This document shows, piece by piece, positions 13,010 to 26,876 of a stretch of 64,000 nt of DNA. This DNA is from Octopus vulgaris (taxonomy: Eukaryota), in NCBI GenBank assembly GCA_951406725.2, contig OX597819.1, forward strand, positions 86,862,001 through 86,926,000, given 5' to 3'. Within the stretch, counting starts at the first letter, position 1. Every line of letters starts with the position of its first letter. The position numbers were made by a program, and so were the translations under genes. The notes beneath the pieces are model-generated. The model was given only the letters and a program-made list of their open reading frames with translations, made no database searches and was not told the origin of the DNA.

Positions 13010-14040
13010 TATTGTGTTTCATATGCCTTCAAAGAAAAATGAAATTACATTCTGGTGTGTATATTAAAAATCAAATTACTATTGTTTGTGATTCGAGCAT
13101 CAGATATACTGAAATCCTTCCTGCAAGATACTCTGAAGAAGATAACCCATTTTTATCAGCCTACCATAAAAGGAATAAATCTTCAATTCGAGAAAACTAG
13201 TTTTACTGAAAATAAAATAAAAAGATCTGGCAAGTCTGAAACTATTACAAATATAGACGGCAGAAGACTGAAATTCTTCATTCTTCTAGAAAGAAAGGAA
13301 AACTTGTAGTGGCAGCTAAAAGAGTTTAGAACAGCTGGAAACAAGTATGCACTTTTATAAGAGGGAAAAGTACTGGTTTTTGCCTCTAAGAGATATTCTA
13401 AGGAGCCTTTGATAAAAATTGTGACAGATTGCATTTTTTGACCAAGTATAGTAACTGTAATTGAAACAGGTTTCAGAAAGTCCAATGGAGTGAAGAATCA
13501 AGATTTAAGCGTGGTAATGATGCCTAAAACAGTGCCTTTACAGAGCTGGTGAGAGATCCCATTATTTGTGTGAATTTCTACAATTACAGAACATAGAGGA
13601 GGTAGAGTCATGGTTAGAGGCGCATTTCCATCTACAAGCAATGGTAAACTTATAAGGTGTGAATCGTCAGTTACTACTTTGGAGTACCTAAAAATGCCAG
13701 GGAAAGGATTGTTTTTGCAGCAATGATTTCCAGGAGAAGGAAAAAAGACAAAGCAAAACAAAATACAAACAAAGCAAAGAAGCTATTTTTCAAAATAGCC
13801 CGCATACTCCAAAAGCAACAGATCGTGGTTAAAGAAAATCCCTCTTAACATTTATGTTTGAGCCAAGTCAGACAGTAGATTTAAATCTTATAGGTGACAT
13901 TTGACCATGTATTCGGAACAAAGGATACCGTATGAAATTCGCAAACTCTGGTCACCTTTGGAAAAATCTGAAACCTGAATGGAACAAAACTGACATTTAC
14001 CGGTGCAATAAAAAAAAATCTATGGGTAACAGAGAGAGAG
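13010..14040 (+). mobile_element. Highly decayed Tc1 transposase remnant
   Basis: Fragments HRGGRVMVRGAF, (Q)NSPH and PSQTVDLNLI echo the Tc1 motifs HGGGSVMVWG, QDNAPxH and WPSQSPDLNPIE. Confidence 0.5.
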
Positions 14041-14533
14041 GAAAAGCTGAACCTAGTCTAACGAATGAATCTAGTGAAAGTGTAAATTATTTTTAAAAGC
14101 ATACTTAATAAGAAAGATAGCAAAGCAATGATGTTATTAATAAATATGTCGTACACTTTATTGGTTATAAATACAGATGCAGCCTTACTGTGAAAATATA
14201 ACTCATGGATAAATCATAAAAGCATCGGCAAAGATTCACTAGGAGTAAGTTAATGCGAAGTTAAGAATAATAGCTCTTCCTATGGATAATGTAAACTAAC
14301 TATTACGATTGTACAGAAATTTACATAACTATACGAAATCGGCAATTGAGATTTAATAACAGTGTAACAAAGCAGCGTGGTTTTGAATAAATATGTTTAC
14401 ATAAGACATGTACGATATGTTTGGTAAACATAGTCTAGCTGCGATAGTATGATCCACGAATAAAACGCTGTTGAACCACATAGCTTTATTACCCGAATCA
14501 TATATCTATTCGTATACATGTATGTATATCTAA

Positions 14534-14601
<68 letters not shown>

Positions 14602-14746
14602 TTTGCAGGATTCTTGATGTGAAACCGTGTGTTGAAACAGATATTGTTGTATTTAGGGATGGTCATGTTGCCAGTTTAGCCAATAAAAACACACGCACTA
14701 TATATTTGGTGTTAGTTTGCTTCAGCTTTATTTTATTTTTTTACAT

Positions 14747-14790
14747 TAATCGTATTTCGGCCAGAGTTCTTTCGTGACCTCATCAGTGGT
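14747..14790 (-). ncRNA. Degenerate type I hammerhead core inside 30-bp inverted repeats (14641-14670/14848-14877)
   Basis: CUGAUGA-gguc...ggcc-GAAA-uacgauua; stem I not recoverable. Confidence 0.5.
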
Positions 14791-14866
14791 CCTTTGTTTT
14801 CTTCTTTCTTATTTGTTTGTCTTTCCTTACTAACGATATATAAAATACAAAATGGCCATCCCTAAA

Positions 14867-14971
<105 letters not shown>

Positions 14972-15034
14972 CCTTCTGACATTATTTACATTATCTACAA
15001 CTGACAGATATTTGTCCTCATCCTGTTTGTTGTT

Positions 15035-15080
15035 AACACAACGTTTCAGCTGATATACCCTCCAGCCTTCATCAGGTGTC
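15035..15080 (-). ncRNA. Minimal type I hammerhead ribozyme (PLE-type)
   Basis: gacac-CUGAUGA-a-ggcugg(aggguaua)ucagcu-GAAA-cg-UU-guguu; stem III reduced to ACGU; GUU triplet. Confidence 0.75.
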
Positions 15081-15258
15081 TTGGGAACATTTCGAACCTG
15101 AGTTCTCATTCCTAAGACATTTTTCGATGTTGCTGTTGTTATCATCATCACCATTATTATTATTCAGGCGACTGCCTGGAATTGAACGGGAAATCTTGGG
15201 GTTAGTAGCCCGTGCTCTTAACCACTACACCATATGCCCGTAGGCATATGGCGTAGTG

Positions 15259-15411
<153 letters not shown>

Positions 15412-15720
15412 TCATACAGGGTCGGGTCCATTTAATGTGACGTGTTTCAAGGTAGATAATTTGTGGACTACGTAAACTGAAAATGTGTCTGTTTGTTTGT
15501 CTATATGTTTGTATGTGTGAATCCCTAATACTCGAGAAGTAGTCAACCGATTTCATTCAAAATTTACACATGCATTACTTAGCGTCCATTGAGTGTCATA
15601 GGCAAAAAAGATTTCAACTTAACGCGGACCCGGAGCAATCTTTTAGCCTGCTTCGGTCAAAAGATAATATTGTTTCACTTTTATTCTTCCATTTTTAATT
15701 CTAATGTGATAAGACTAGAA

Positions 15721-15924
15721 TATTCTTTTCTACTCTAGACACAAAATCTAGAATTTTGGGGGAGGGGGCCAGTAGATTAGATCGACCACTACACAACTGG
15801 TACTTAATTTATCAACTCCGAAACGATGAAAGGCTAAGTCGACTCGGCGGAATTTGATCTCAGACAGGTGAAATGGCACCAAGTATTTCGCCGGCGTGCT
15901 AACGTTTCTGCCAGCTCGCCGCCT
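15721..15924 (-). mobile_element. SINE family B (GGCGAGCTGGCAGAAACGTTAGC head)
   Basis: Homologous copies at ~1866-2005(+), 29588-29979(-, two), 36028-36245(+), 42887-43099(-), 46695-46862(-). Confidence 0.8.
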
Positions 15925-18900
15925 TATAAGGCTATAATATTGTTTCACTTTTATTCTTTCACTTTAAATTCTGATATGATAACATTTAAAATCATCTTAT
16001 TTCTATAGTATTTGAAATAAATGAATAATTTATATCATAATGTGAACAACATTATGCATCACCAACTTTCCGTCTTTACGGCCATGACAGCGGAATGGTG
16101 TGTCAGTATATGTGTGTTGACTGACATAACGAACGGCTGGAAATGAAAGTCTTGACAAAGAACAATGTGGTGGCAGCGTCAAGGTATATAAAAATACACA
16201 TGTACCGTTCAATTACCAGTTAATAATTATCGCAGCAGTTGCAAGGTTGCAAGGTATTTACAGTTACATATTAACCCTTAAATTAACATTTAACACATGT
16301 GCTTAATATAGAATATATTATGAAATTTATCTATAATAATTATTGTGGAATTTACCGTTAAATTAGCAGTTCGTATATGTGCTTCTATTTGGTTAATTTG
16401 CTTCTATTTGGTTAATTTACACTGCATACAAAAATTAAGACATACAACTGCTTACAAAAATAGAGATTAATCTATATATATGTGAATGTGTGTGCATGCG
16501 TGCGTTTTACATTTCTTGGTTAAATCAGAGCTGTTCCAGTTTAGAAATGTTGTTCCGGGATACTTGCTGGTTTAAAATTCTCTCTCTCCCTCTTTCTCTC
16601 TCTCTTTCTTGTTATACTAAGCCTAGTAAAATTGAATTTTTTGATGATTGTTCTCCTGACCTTTGTTCGGAGAAGGAGCAATGCGTTAACACCAATGAAT
16701 ACGAGTTTGCAGCACGTAATGAAACATATGTATCAGGAATCCGATCGTAATTTGGAGCTAATGCCTTCTACCTCGCTCATATGCAAAACCACAAAGAAAA
16801 TGGCCCCTATGAAAAAAAGAAAAACAATTGGTAACAGGAAGTCTTCTTGGACAGATAAAACCAATGGGCTTCTTAGAATTCTAACCTATTTCCATATTGT
16901 TAAACCAATATTAGTCCAAGTATGACAGGTTCCCTTGAAAGAAAGAGAGAGATTGATGAGCTAAAGAAATTCATCTTATCTTTCATATTATTTCTCAACA
17001 CTGCTAGAAGACCTCACATAAGACGCCGCTGACAGGGGTCCTGAGTAATATTTTTGGAAATAAATATAGGGTGTCAAGCCAGCGAATTTATAAGGAATTA
17101 TTTTTTAAAAAGAAAAGGACCATGCTCAGGAGTGATGAAATAATTCTTTGAAAATGATTTTGACGAAATGTATTTATAGTTTGTACCTACCTACCTACCT
17201 ACCTACCTACCTACCTACATACATACATACATACATACATACATACATACGTACGTACATACATACATACATACATACATACATACATACATACATACAT
17301 ACATACATACATACATACAAAAATACCCTGTTGTTGATGTTGAAATTCCAACGAAGGAGCCTTGGATCTAGGTTAGAAACCGGTTCTTTCTATATTGGCA
17401 AGAAATCTTGAAATAAACTGGATAATGACATACACATGTATATAGTTGAATGTAGACATACGCGAACACATATAATTAGAGGAAAAGTTAAGCTCTCTAC
17501 TCGTTGAATTTCAAGTCAGAACAAGAAAAGTCAAATTACTCTCAAACACACAATATAGGATCAACCAAATGACTGGAAAGCAAGTAGAAAATATTTATAA
17601 TTTTATGAGGTTATTATTGCAAAGAGAAATTTGGGTATTACAAAACTTAATACGTGATAACACATAGACATATGCATTCCCATACTTATTCTCAGGTTGT
17701 AGCAACTCTTGTTACAAAACTTTGCATTTACAGAAATTGTATAATGTTTGGCCATTTATTTCAAAATACAACCTCGTGAAGACCTATGGGTAATTAAGAT
17801 AAAATTTAACAACCAAAACGGTCGTTATATATACATAAAATTTATATATGCATAAAAATTATATTTACAAATGATATAAAACTGGTGAGAGATCTGAATA
17901 TATCTGTCGCTTGTCTCATTAACATCTCTCTCAATTCTTTGTGAATGTTAATTGTTCACAGTCTACTAATTCAATTCTTGCAATTTGTTTATTTCTTTTC
18001 AACAAACTTTGTTATTTTTCATTGTATTTAACAATTCTGTTAACACCTGCCCTCATTACATGCTTATTTATTTTTCCCTGCTCTCAACAATCTGGTTGAT
18101 CATATATTCCAGTGATCTCAATATTCTTGCCAACACTTCTCTTCTCCCCGTTCCCTCTGACCTCCGCACTCCAACATGTTTGTACATGCATCAGTTCAAA
18201 CGATCTAGGTCTTCCTACCGACTTTAACCATACTGTACTGTCTTCTACACAGGACAGTTCACATACTTCGACTTCATTCCTCCATTTCTTCATTTTATCA
18301 TTTCTGTTATTGTACCTGTGGTAATAAGATTATCACTCATTTTACCGATTTTGACCATCACTGCTCACTGTTATTTGGGGTAAGTTTCTTGCCTATCACC
18401 GTTTTGCCTTCATTTCTTTGCAAATACGTAAAGAGTAGGTGTGCGAAAATGCGTCATAAACGTTGGACGTTAAAGAAAAAAATGATACAGAGGTAAATCT
18501 CAGCTACATTGTAAAAATGTTAAAGAATCCAACACTTATAGTGAGAACAATTCTTGTGTGCAATAAACACAAAATTAAGTCAACCGCTCAATCAAAATAC
18601 TTTTTTAATGCCTAGACATTGATTTTTATAGATATGAAATGATTTTAGAAATGGAAAGACTTTTGAATGCGGGTGTCGATCTAAAGGATGACACTTAAAT
18701 CCCAGCCTTTATCTTCTAGTGATGAAAATGAACTAATGTAGTTGCAAGTTGTCATAAATACCTCTCGGTTCTCACACGCTTTATCTAGTGAGACGTCGAT
18801 TTGGCATATGAGAGTAGAAAGGTCTGAGCCAGCATTAGGTTGGTTCTCATTTTCAGCTGAGTAGACTGAAGTAGCGTGAAATGATGTGTATTGCTTAAAG

Positions 18901-19079
18901 ACACAAAGCGCCGCCCAGTCCACTAATCAAACCCACCACCCTGTGATCATCAGCCAACACCCTACCCTAGAGACGACGTACCTGGCTGGACACATACCGA
19001 TAATCACAACGGGCAATGAAGCAAAAGCTAGCTTATTTTGATAAATTGCGAATGAAGGCGAGTGCAGCTTCGGACATAA

Positions 19080-19260
19080 ACATTAAAATGACTGGTGAGA
19101 TTGCCAATGCAAATAGAAAATGATTTCTGAAGAAGGCTGCCCATCAGAACAAGTGTATAATGTTGATCTAACTGGACTTTTCTGGTACTGCATGCTTATA
19201 AACACCGGGATTTAAAGCTCCCAAAACTTTCTAGACAATTTTTGTGGGAAGAAATGCTCT
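19080..19260 (+). mobile_element. pogo/Tigger transposase fragment
   Basis: IKMTGEIANA...MISEEGCPSEQVYNVDLTGLFWYCM, matching the Tigger FNxDETGLFW motif. Confidence 0.65.
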
Positions 19261-19382
19261 TGATGATATGAAATTCACGCATATACTTGTGTATCAATCC
19301 GAAAATCTAATATAGTAACGGAACTGAATGTTCAGTACAACACACAATGGAGTTATCCTTATTAAAATGTACATATGTATGT

Positions 19383-19409
19383 ACGAAGAAGGACTCTGTC
19401 CGAAACGTT
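19383..19409 (+). ncRNA. Degenerate minimal HHR-like motif
   Basis: aCGAAGA-a-ggac(ucu)gucc-GAAA-cg-UU; same layout as 6981-7015. Confidence 0.4.
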
Positions 19410-19500
19410 CGATTTTCCACTCTCCACGAAAAATTCACTCTACTCCTTTTTATGATTTTACTATACAAACGCACACACATGAAATGAATTGTATACAAAC

Positions 19501-19545
19501 CTATAAGGATTCTTCAATTCTTCTGTAACAAAGTTCAAGTTATTC
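19501..19545 (-). CDS. SLC7A9: SLC7A9-like transporter 45-bp short exon
   Basis: Acceptor ttttataatttaCAG, donor GTTTGT; encodes (W)NNLNFVTEELKNPY(R); phases match both neighbouring exons. Confidence 0.9.
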
Positions 19546-20723
19546 CTGTAAATTATAAAAAAAAAAACATAGTTAATTGACAATACACCTTCTTCATGCA
19601 TTGATTTATTTAATATTTGTAAGCAACACTTTGTGTCATATACTCTTAATGGAAATATGGAATAAACTAATAATTTTCTTATTCCTATTTCAGGAAATTG
19701 AAATGTCATTGAAAAGTTTGGTATTATGAATACATCTTACAAATTTATCATTTGGAGTTAAAATATCCACATGGTATATATTATCTTTTAAAACAGTTTT
19801 TTTTAATGTTTTTTTTTTTTTTTTTGCAACAATCGCTCTTGTAGTTCAGAAGTTCACTTTGCAACCACGTTTATTTCGGTTTCAGTGCTACAGTACGGTA
19901 CCTTAGCCAAGTGTCTTAAACGGCAGTTCCCGAGCTGACCTCGTGAGAGAACTTTTTAGACGGAAACTGTGTTGAAGCCCATCGTTTATATATATATGTG
20001 TGTGCGTGTGTGTGTGTATGCACGCACGCGCCTTTGTGTTTGTCTCTCTACCGTCATCGTAGTTAGCGGTTCGCCCAAAGTGACCGAAAGAAGAACCAGA
20101 CTTTAAAAATATATTCAGACCGATATGTTCAACTTAACCCTTCAAGGGTATCACTGCAGTCCAGTGACTGAAATAAGTAAAAGATAAAAGAGATAAAAGT
20201 TACATAAACAAATTTCCAGTAACATATTATGCATGTGTGCGTCGACCAAGTTGTCTTCCAGATTGCTAAATTTTCGAAAGAAAGATTTTTATATTTGTTC
20301 AACTAGGTGTCAGGAAGATCATTCAAATTTAGGTGAATGTCAAAGAAGACCGAATGAAATCTAGAGTATAATTGATATTGGTTTTATTAACCTTAACTTA
20401 AGAAAGACGAATGTTTTGCAGGTAAGATTCGATGTAAGAAAAACAAAGCAAAAAACACCCAAGTATATATTTATGTCCTGTGGTTATTTATCACGTATAT
20501 CTTCGCTCTCACATTACAAAAGAAAAGCTATGACTGACGTTATATATTGTCTCGTACGTTAAAGATAACGAAAGGACGCTGATAGAAAGGACGTGTGAAA
20601 TAGATTAAAACATGCTTTGGATGCCAAATTGACTTTTGATTGTTTCGCTATTAAGTTACACACAGACACTATCTGCGTGACAAACAGTAGTTAAGGTGTC
20701 AACGTATTTAACACCGGATTCAT

Positions 20724-20757
<34 letters not shown>

Positions 20758-20899
20758 CATACATACATACATACATACATACACACACAAATAAATGCAT
20801 AATTACATCTGGGGATATGCCGAGCAATTGTTGATAAACAAAACTGTAATGTCAGAGGTGCGGGAGCGTAGGAGAACCTAGTTTCATTGTGGCTGGGCT

Positions 20900-21967
20900 A
20901 CAATGCATGCCTTTGGCACTGTTCCACACTCATCGATGTTAGAAGCCCTTCGACTTGTAAAGTTCCAGTGAGAATAGTCAACACTATAGCTGACCTGATT
21001 TTATTAAATACAGGGAGTGAGAGTATTAACTATAATTATAAAAGCGAAATTCTGTTTGTATGCTTGTGACCTCTGTATCACAGTCTACATTTTCTCTACG
21101 TAGGCATATCACACCTTTTTGGAATCAGAATGATCCCAGGATTGAAAGTCTGTCCTTCTTTCGGTTGTTGAACATTCAAAATTGGGATCTGGTTTAAAAG
21201 CATTTGGGTTGCTATTTCTAGCAGGTAAAGCTTGGCTGATTCACGCCATCTTGCTTGACGTTTGTCATATGACGTTAATGATCAAGGGAAAGATAATTGA
21301 CATTCGCTTCGCTAATTTTACGTTGAGATAAAGACCTTTGGGACAAATTGGCCAACAGTTGGAATTCAAGTTGGAACCGGAACAATAGACTGACTGCATT
21401 GCAAAATTAATTCTCATCCGTCCTTAACCTCTGATCAAACACCACCGGAACATATTGTCATTATAGACATATTATAGCCATGCTATCTAGCTCTCTTTAG
21501 TTTTGAACCGTAGGCCTAATTAGTCCACCGTGGGAGCTAGCTTAAAAGCCCGCACGGAGTGCAGCTTTTAAACTAGTCACTGACAAAATACAGAATCGCA
21601 GAGATATATTCCAAGGAAACAACCTCTCTATGATGTTGCTTACACTTTCTGTAAACCAATTATTATTCACGTTAAGGAAGTGTCAAGGAAACAGTGATAT
21701 TAAATAACATACTGTTTCTTTGCGGATGACATGAAACTGTATTCCAAGAATATGAATGAGATCAAAAAGCGCCTTGACCTGATTACAACATTCTCAAAGA
21801 AAATAGGGTTTGAGTTTGGTCAAGATAAATGTTGCTATAAGGTTGGGAAAAGAGGGGAGACTGTAAACCAGAATAGCAACATCTCCATCAACAACATTAC
21901 TATTTCTCCAATATCTGATGGAGAATATTACAGGTACTTAGATGTATACAAAAACAATAATGTATGA
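20900..21967 (+). mobile_element. R4/Dong-like non-LTR retrotransposon RT remnants
   Basis: RDIFQGNNLS and NILFFADDMKLYSKN...ITTFSKKIGFEFGQDKC...YRYL motifs. Confidence 0.65.
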
Positions 21968-22468
21968 TTAATTGTCCCTATGTGTATTCTAGTGAATATC
22001 TTTTTTTTCTTTTCTGTTTGATAGAGAGATAAAGTGGATGCATGTTTGTTGACGCCACTATGGTGCATATTATTAAAATTTCATTGGTTTTCGAAACAAA
22101 TGAGCTGGCACGTGGTTGAATCTGAATAATGATAGCATGACACTAACTAATTCATCTAAAACACGCACAGAAACGCTTGCTCAAACTAAAAACAGAAAGA
22201 AAGGAGAAGAAGAGAAGAAGTTTTCAAAGCAGACGTTGAACCTGATACGTCAATAATTTTTTTATATCTTTCGAGTCATCAAGTTCATCGTAATCCACTA
22301 CTAAGATACTTCAGACTTGAAAAACCTCTTTAACGGGTCAAACCACTTTATAATGTTTTGCTCAGCCAGTATATCTGCTCATAATCTTGAATGCAGCTGG
22401 CCAGAGAAGGAGTTTCTTCATAGCTGCTTAGCCTGTTAGAAAAAAAAAGACACACACACACACACACA

Positions 22469-22510
<42 letters not shown>

Positions 22511-22541
22511 TAGATAGGTAGATAGATAGGTAGGTAGACAT

Positions 22542-22602
<61 letters not shown>

Positions 22603-22657
22603 GATCTGTAAATAATAATAACAGAATTATACATACATACATACATACATACATACA

Positions 22658-22693
<36 letters not shown>

Positions 22694-22715
22694 CACAGAT
22701 ATATATGTATGTGTA

Positions 22716-23094
22716 TGGAGGCGCAATGGTTCAGTGGTCAGGGCAGAGGACTCTAGGTCAAAGGATCGCGCTTTCGATCCTCAGACCTGGCGTTGTGAGT
22801 GTATAATGAGCGAACCACCTAAAGCTCCACGTCGCTCGGCAGGGTTTGGTGGCGAATCCTGATGTGGTCTTTCACCACAACTTTCTCTCACTCTTTCTTC
22901 CTGTTTTTGTTGTACCAGTATTTCAAAGAGCCAGCCTTGTCGCACTCTGTTTCATGCTGAATCTCCGCGAGAACTACAGTAAGGGTACCCGTATCTGTGG
23001 AGTGCTCAGCCACTTGCATGTTAATTTCACAAGCAGGCTGTTCTGTTGATCGGATCAACTGGAATCCTTGTCGCCGTAACCGACTGAGTACCAC
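22716..23094 (+). mobile_element. tRNA-derived SINE family A
   Basis: Diverged copy of 50693-51088. Confidence 0.8.
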
Positions 23095-23184
23095 GATATA
23101 TTTATGTGTATATACATTTGTGTGTGTGCGTGCGTGTATGTGTGTGTATATATATATATATAAATATATAAATACATACATATA

Positions 23185-23531
23185 TCTTTTATCTTTTGCT
23201 TGTTTCAGACTACGCCTATGCTGAAACACCATCTAGTTTAGTCAAGCAAATCGACTGCAGTACTTATTCTAAATTCTGGTACGTATTCTGTTGAGTCCCT
23301 TTTGCCGAAGCGCTATGTTATGCGGAGTCTAAACAAACCAACGCCGGTTGTTAAGCCGCGCAGTGATGGGGGGCAAACACAAATACCCTCTGTTTCTGTC
23401 CAACAAATTTATTCACGGGGTATTTGTCGACCTTGAGCTCCTGTAGAGGACACTTCCCAGGGTGCCACACAGTAGAGCTGAACCCGAAACAGTTACAAAG
23501 CAAGCTTCTTAATCACACAGCCACGCCTGCG
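23185..23531 (-). mobile_element. SINE family C, diverged copy
   Basis: Homologous to 24497-24941. Confidence 0.7.
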
Positions 23532-23662
23532 CCTATAAGAGTGTCACCAACTGTTTTAACACTAATGTATGACTCCATATCCTCATGTTAAATGTATGTG
23601 TGTGTGTGTGTGCTTTTTTGCGTCTGTATTTGTCCCTACACACAGACATGTCCCTACAGACA

Positions 23663-24150
23663 CACATGAATCATGGGTATTTCCTTGCAGGACAGAGTCT
23701 CTAACATTGAAGTGCTTCGCAGAGCCGAAATGCCCGGGATCAAAGCCCTCATCATTGAGGCCCCGCTCCGGTGGGTCGGACATGTAGTCCGAATGGACGA
23801 AGCGCGTCTATCAAAGATGATCTACTTCTCTGAGCTGGCTTCTGGAGCAAGAAACTCTGGAAGGCCACTGAGGCGAGACAAGGACAGCCTGAAAACTTCT
23901 CTTGATGCCTGGGAATCGCTTGCCTCTGACCGCGACGCCTGGTGTCCAGCTGTCCAAAAGGGTATTAGGCTGTTCGAGGAAAAGCGCCTCAAGAGCCCGG
24001 ACCAGAAGCGACAAGCCCGAAAAGAGAGAATCCCCAACCCTACTTCTGCTGTTACGTGCCCAACATGTGGCCGCGTCTGCGCGTCCGCCTTTGGGTTCCG
24101 CCCCCACCTCCGGCGTCACTGACGTCACTGTCGAACCCCGACAGACTTCC
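23663..24150 (+). mobile_element. 5'-truncated RTE-clade LINE 3' end with terminal C2H2 finger
   Basis: ORF 23673-24122: LRWVGHVVRMDEARLSK...GRPLRRDKDSLK...WESLASDRDAW...CPTCGRVCASAFGFRPHLRRH*. Confidence 0.85.
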
Positions 24151-24496
24151 GTTATATATTATTTGTCCCTGCATCATCGCTTAATAGGTGTTGGTGTGTT
24201 TACGTCCCCGTTACTTAGCGGTTTGGCAAAGAGACCAATAGAAGAAGTACTAAGCTTAAAGATAAGTACTGGGGTCGAATTGCTCGACAAAAACACTTCG
24301 ATGCGGTGCTCCAGCATGGCCGCAGTCAAATGAGTGAAACAAGTACAAAAAATTACAATTTTTATAACTTTGCCTTGTTCAAAGCTTTTCCTTAAGCTTA
24401 TCTAGAATGCTTGTTTTTAGACTTTTAGTTAACCCTTGTGTCCAGTTTATGATTAATATAACGTTTTCCTTTCATAAATTCCAAGTTACTCAGGTA

Positions 24497-24708
24497 CTCT
24501 TTTACTCTTTTACTTGTTTCAGTCATTTGACTGTGGCCATGCTGGAGGACCGCCTTTAGTCGAGCAAATCGACCCCAGGACTTATTCTTTGTAAGCCTAG
24601 TACTTATTCTATCGATCTCTTTTGCCGAACCGCTAAGTTACGGACGTAAACACACCAGCATCGGTTTTCAAGCGATGTTGGGGGACAAACACAGACGCAC
24701 AAACCTAA

Positions 24709-24784
<76 letters not shown>

Positions 24785-24941
24785 CGGGCTTCTTTCAGTT
24801 TCCGTCTACCAAATCCACTCACAAAGCTTCGGTCAGCCCGAGGTTATAGAAGAAGACACTTGCCCAAGGTGCTACGCAGTGGGACTGAACCCAGAATCAT
24901 GTGGTTGGTAAGCAACCTACTTACCATAGAGCCACTCCTGC
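24497..24941 (-). mobile_element. tRNA-derived SINE family C with internal (CA)/(TA) microsatellite
   Basis: Minus-strand head gcaggagtggctctatggtaag...gggttcagtccc (A/B boxes); (AAAAGAGT)n tail; other copies at 24160-24345(+), 19840-20195(+), 44510-44790(+), 55872-56080(-). Confidence 0.85.
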
Positions 24942-25023
24942 GGTAGTCGAAAAACATTGAGTGTGTGTTTCGCACATGATGCATGGGCGCCAGGTAAATA
25001 CGTCCCGTATATCAAATATGATG

Positions 25024-25270
25024 TGAAGGCGTGTGGCGTAGTGGTTAGGTTGTTGAATTCGTCGTCGTAAGATTGTGGATTCACTTCCTGGATCGGGCGA
25101 CGCATTGAGTTCTTAAGCAAAACACTCTTCGTTTCACGTTGCTCCAATCCACTCAGCTGGCAAAAATGAGTTGTACCTTCGACAGACCAGCGTCTCGTCC
25201 AGATGGGGAAATTTTTACGCCACGGAAACCGGGAAACCGTCCCTATGAGTTTATATGACTCGGGAAGGAC
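25024..25270 (+). mobile_element. tRNA-derived SINE family D
   Basis: ggcgtgtggcgtagtggttagg head and tttcacgttgctcca core; related pieces at 44140-44372(-), 46935-47185(-), 38740-39020(-), 61080-61335(-). Confidence 0.7.
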
Positions 25271-26776
25271 GTTTATCCTATCGTTTTATCGAACGTGATA
25301 CACAGGACAGGCAAAGTACAATCGCTACAAATAAATGGGTAAAGAAAACGATGTGGATATAGATAGCTGTTGCTGGTTACTTCCAGGTTGAAGACCTCGG
25401 CTAACTAGCTAACCAGCTCCTGATCATTTAGGTTCTATCCACGATTATCTTATTCTTTTCTAAGGTACGACTTTGCATTTTAGTTAAAATCAAAGTGTAA
25501 CGTGCAAATGGTTGCTGTGGTGCTTAATCTCAGAACGGTCCTAGTCGAGCGAGCTGTGAATATACCAATGGTATTCTAAACACGACCGCATACTTTACTG
25601 ACAAGCAGCTTACTTCTATAAAGTATCCTCAGTAACTGAAAACACTGAAATTATTGTGTATACGCGATCTATCTACATACAGCACGAATTTTAAGTAGCA
25701 GTCCGCTTCCAAGTGTAAGATTAATGGACAATAATTGATTGCATTAGGAATGCGCGAACACTCTTGCGAAAGACCTTTGTGATTCGAGTGCAGATAAAGA
25801 CAGAAATTTATATTGAATATAACCTAAAAATGTTCCTGTTATGAAAACGAATGATTAATAAACAAGTGCTGTTATTATAAGATTAAAGTGACTTGTAAAA
25901 ATAAGCGAATTCAATGACCACTAAAATGGAACTTTATTAACGGGAATAGGTATATAAAGAATTAATTAGCATGTCTACTTTCAAAGAAGTTACGAAACCG
26001 CGTTTCTAATAGCTACGCATTCAAATGGCTCCTTTTGATCGATGCATAAAATTCAGTTCTGGAATCATGAACAAAGAACAAAAAAGCTATTGATATTCAG
26101 TGACATGATTAAAAGTCACTCTACTATAGAGATGGGAAATAATCAGATGATTACTTTCTAGGTACGGTAAATTGAACAGTCAGGTTTAGATTATGGTATA
26201 TGAGACATAGACAAATGAGTTCGTATAATTGTAGTGGAGCCGAGATAGTAATCGGATAAGCAGCTAAATCATAGATAACCTGCTTAGAAAAAGACTGCGC
26301 ACATATTTTGAATAAAGCTCAAACAGTTGGATGACACAGTTGTAATTTTATTTTGATTCTTATACATAATTAAAGAACAAATTGTTAAGATTTTAAACGC
26401 CTAAGAGTAATGCTACAAGAAAGGAACACGTCTGATTATTGCAAAATTGTTGAGCTGGTATTAGATTCACAGTTTCAAACCATTGACAGTAAGAAACAAT
26501 GTACAAAGTAAAAGTCAATTATGGTGGAATCCGACTGATTATAAAATAATAAAATAAATCAATTGCAATATACCAAAGGGTGAAATGTATGCAAGAGTCA
26601 AGACGTCACTTTTACTACCCGGTAAAGCTTCCCGTTTAAACTTTTCACTTCCTCTACAAGACTAACAACTTTCAGAAAAGGTTGTTGATAGAAAACCTTC
26701 ACATCGATCTTTCCTTACACTTTTCGACCATCTTTCTTTGTCAGAAATCCATGTAAACAAAATTATGAACACTTAC

Positions 26777-26876
26777 CAGCCATCGAAAGACCACAATCCA
26801 TTGTAAAATGCCAATGCAACTATTGACGGGTCAGTGATAGTATCTTCAAATCCTTCCATAATGTACTCTGTACTTC
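26777..26876 (-). CDS. SLC7A9: SLC7A9-like transporter internal exon, 100 bp (not in the ORF track)
   Basis: Acceptor ttcgttccCAG, donor GTAAG; encodes GSTEYIMEGFEDTITDPSIVALAFYNGLWSFDG(W); LAFYNGLWxxDGW is the b(0,+)AT-type TM6 signature. Confidence 0.92.

Noticed and set aside
16560-17100. Possible hAT transposase C-terminal remnant
   Set aside because: Similarity too weak to support by eye.
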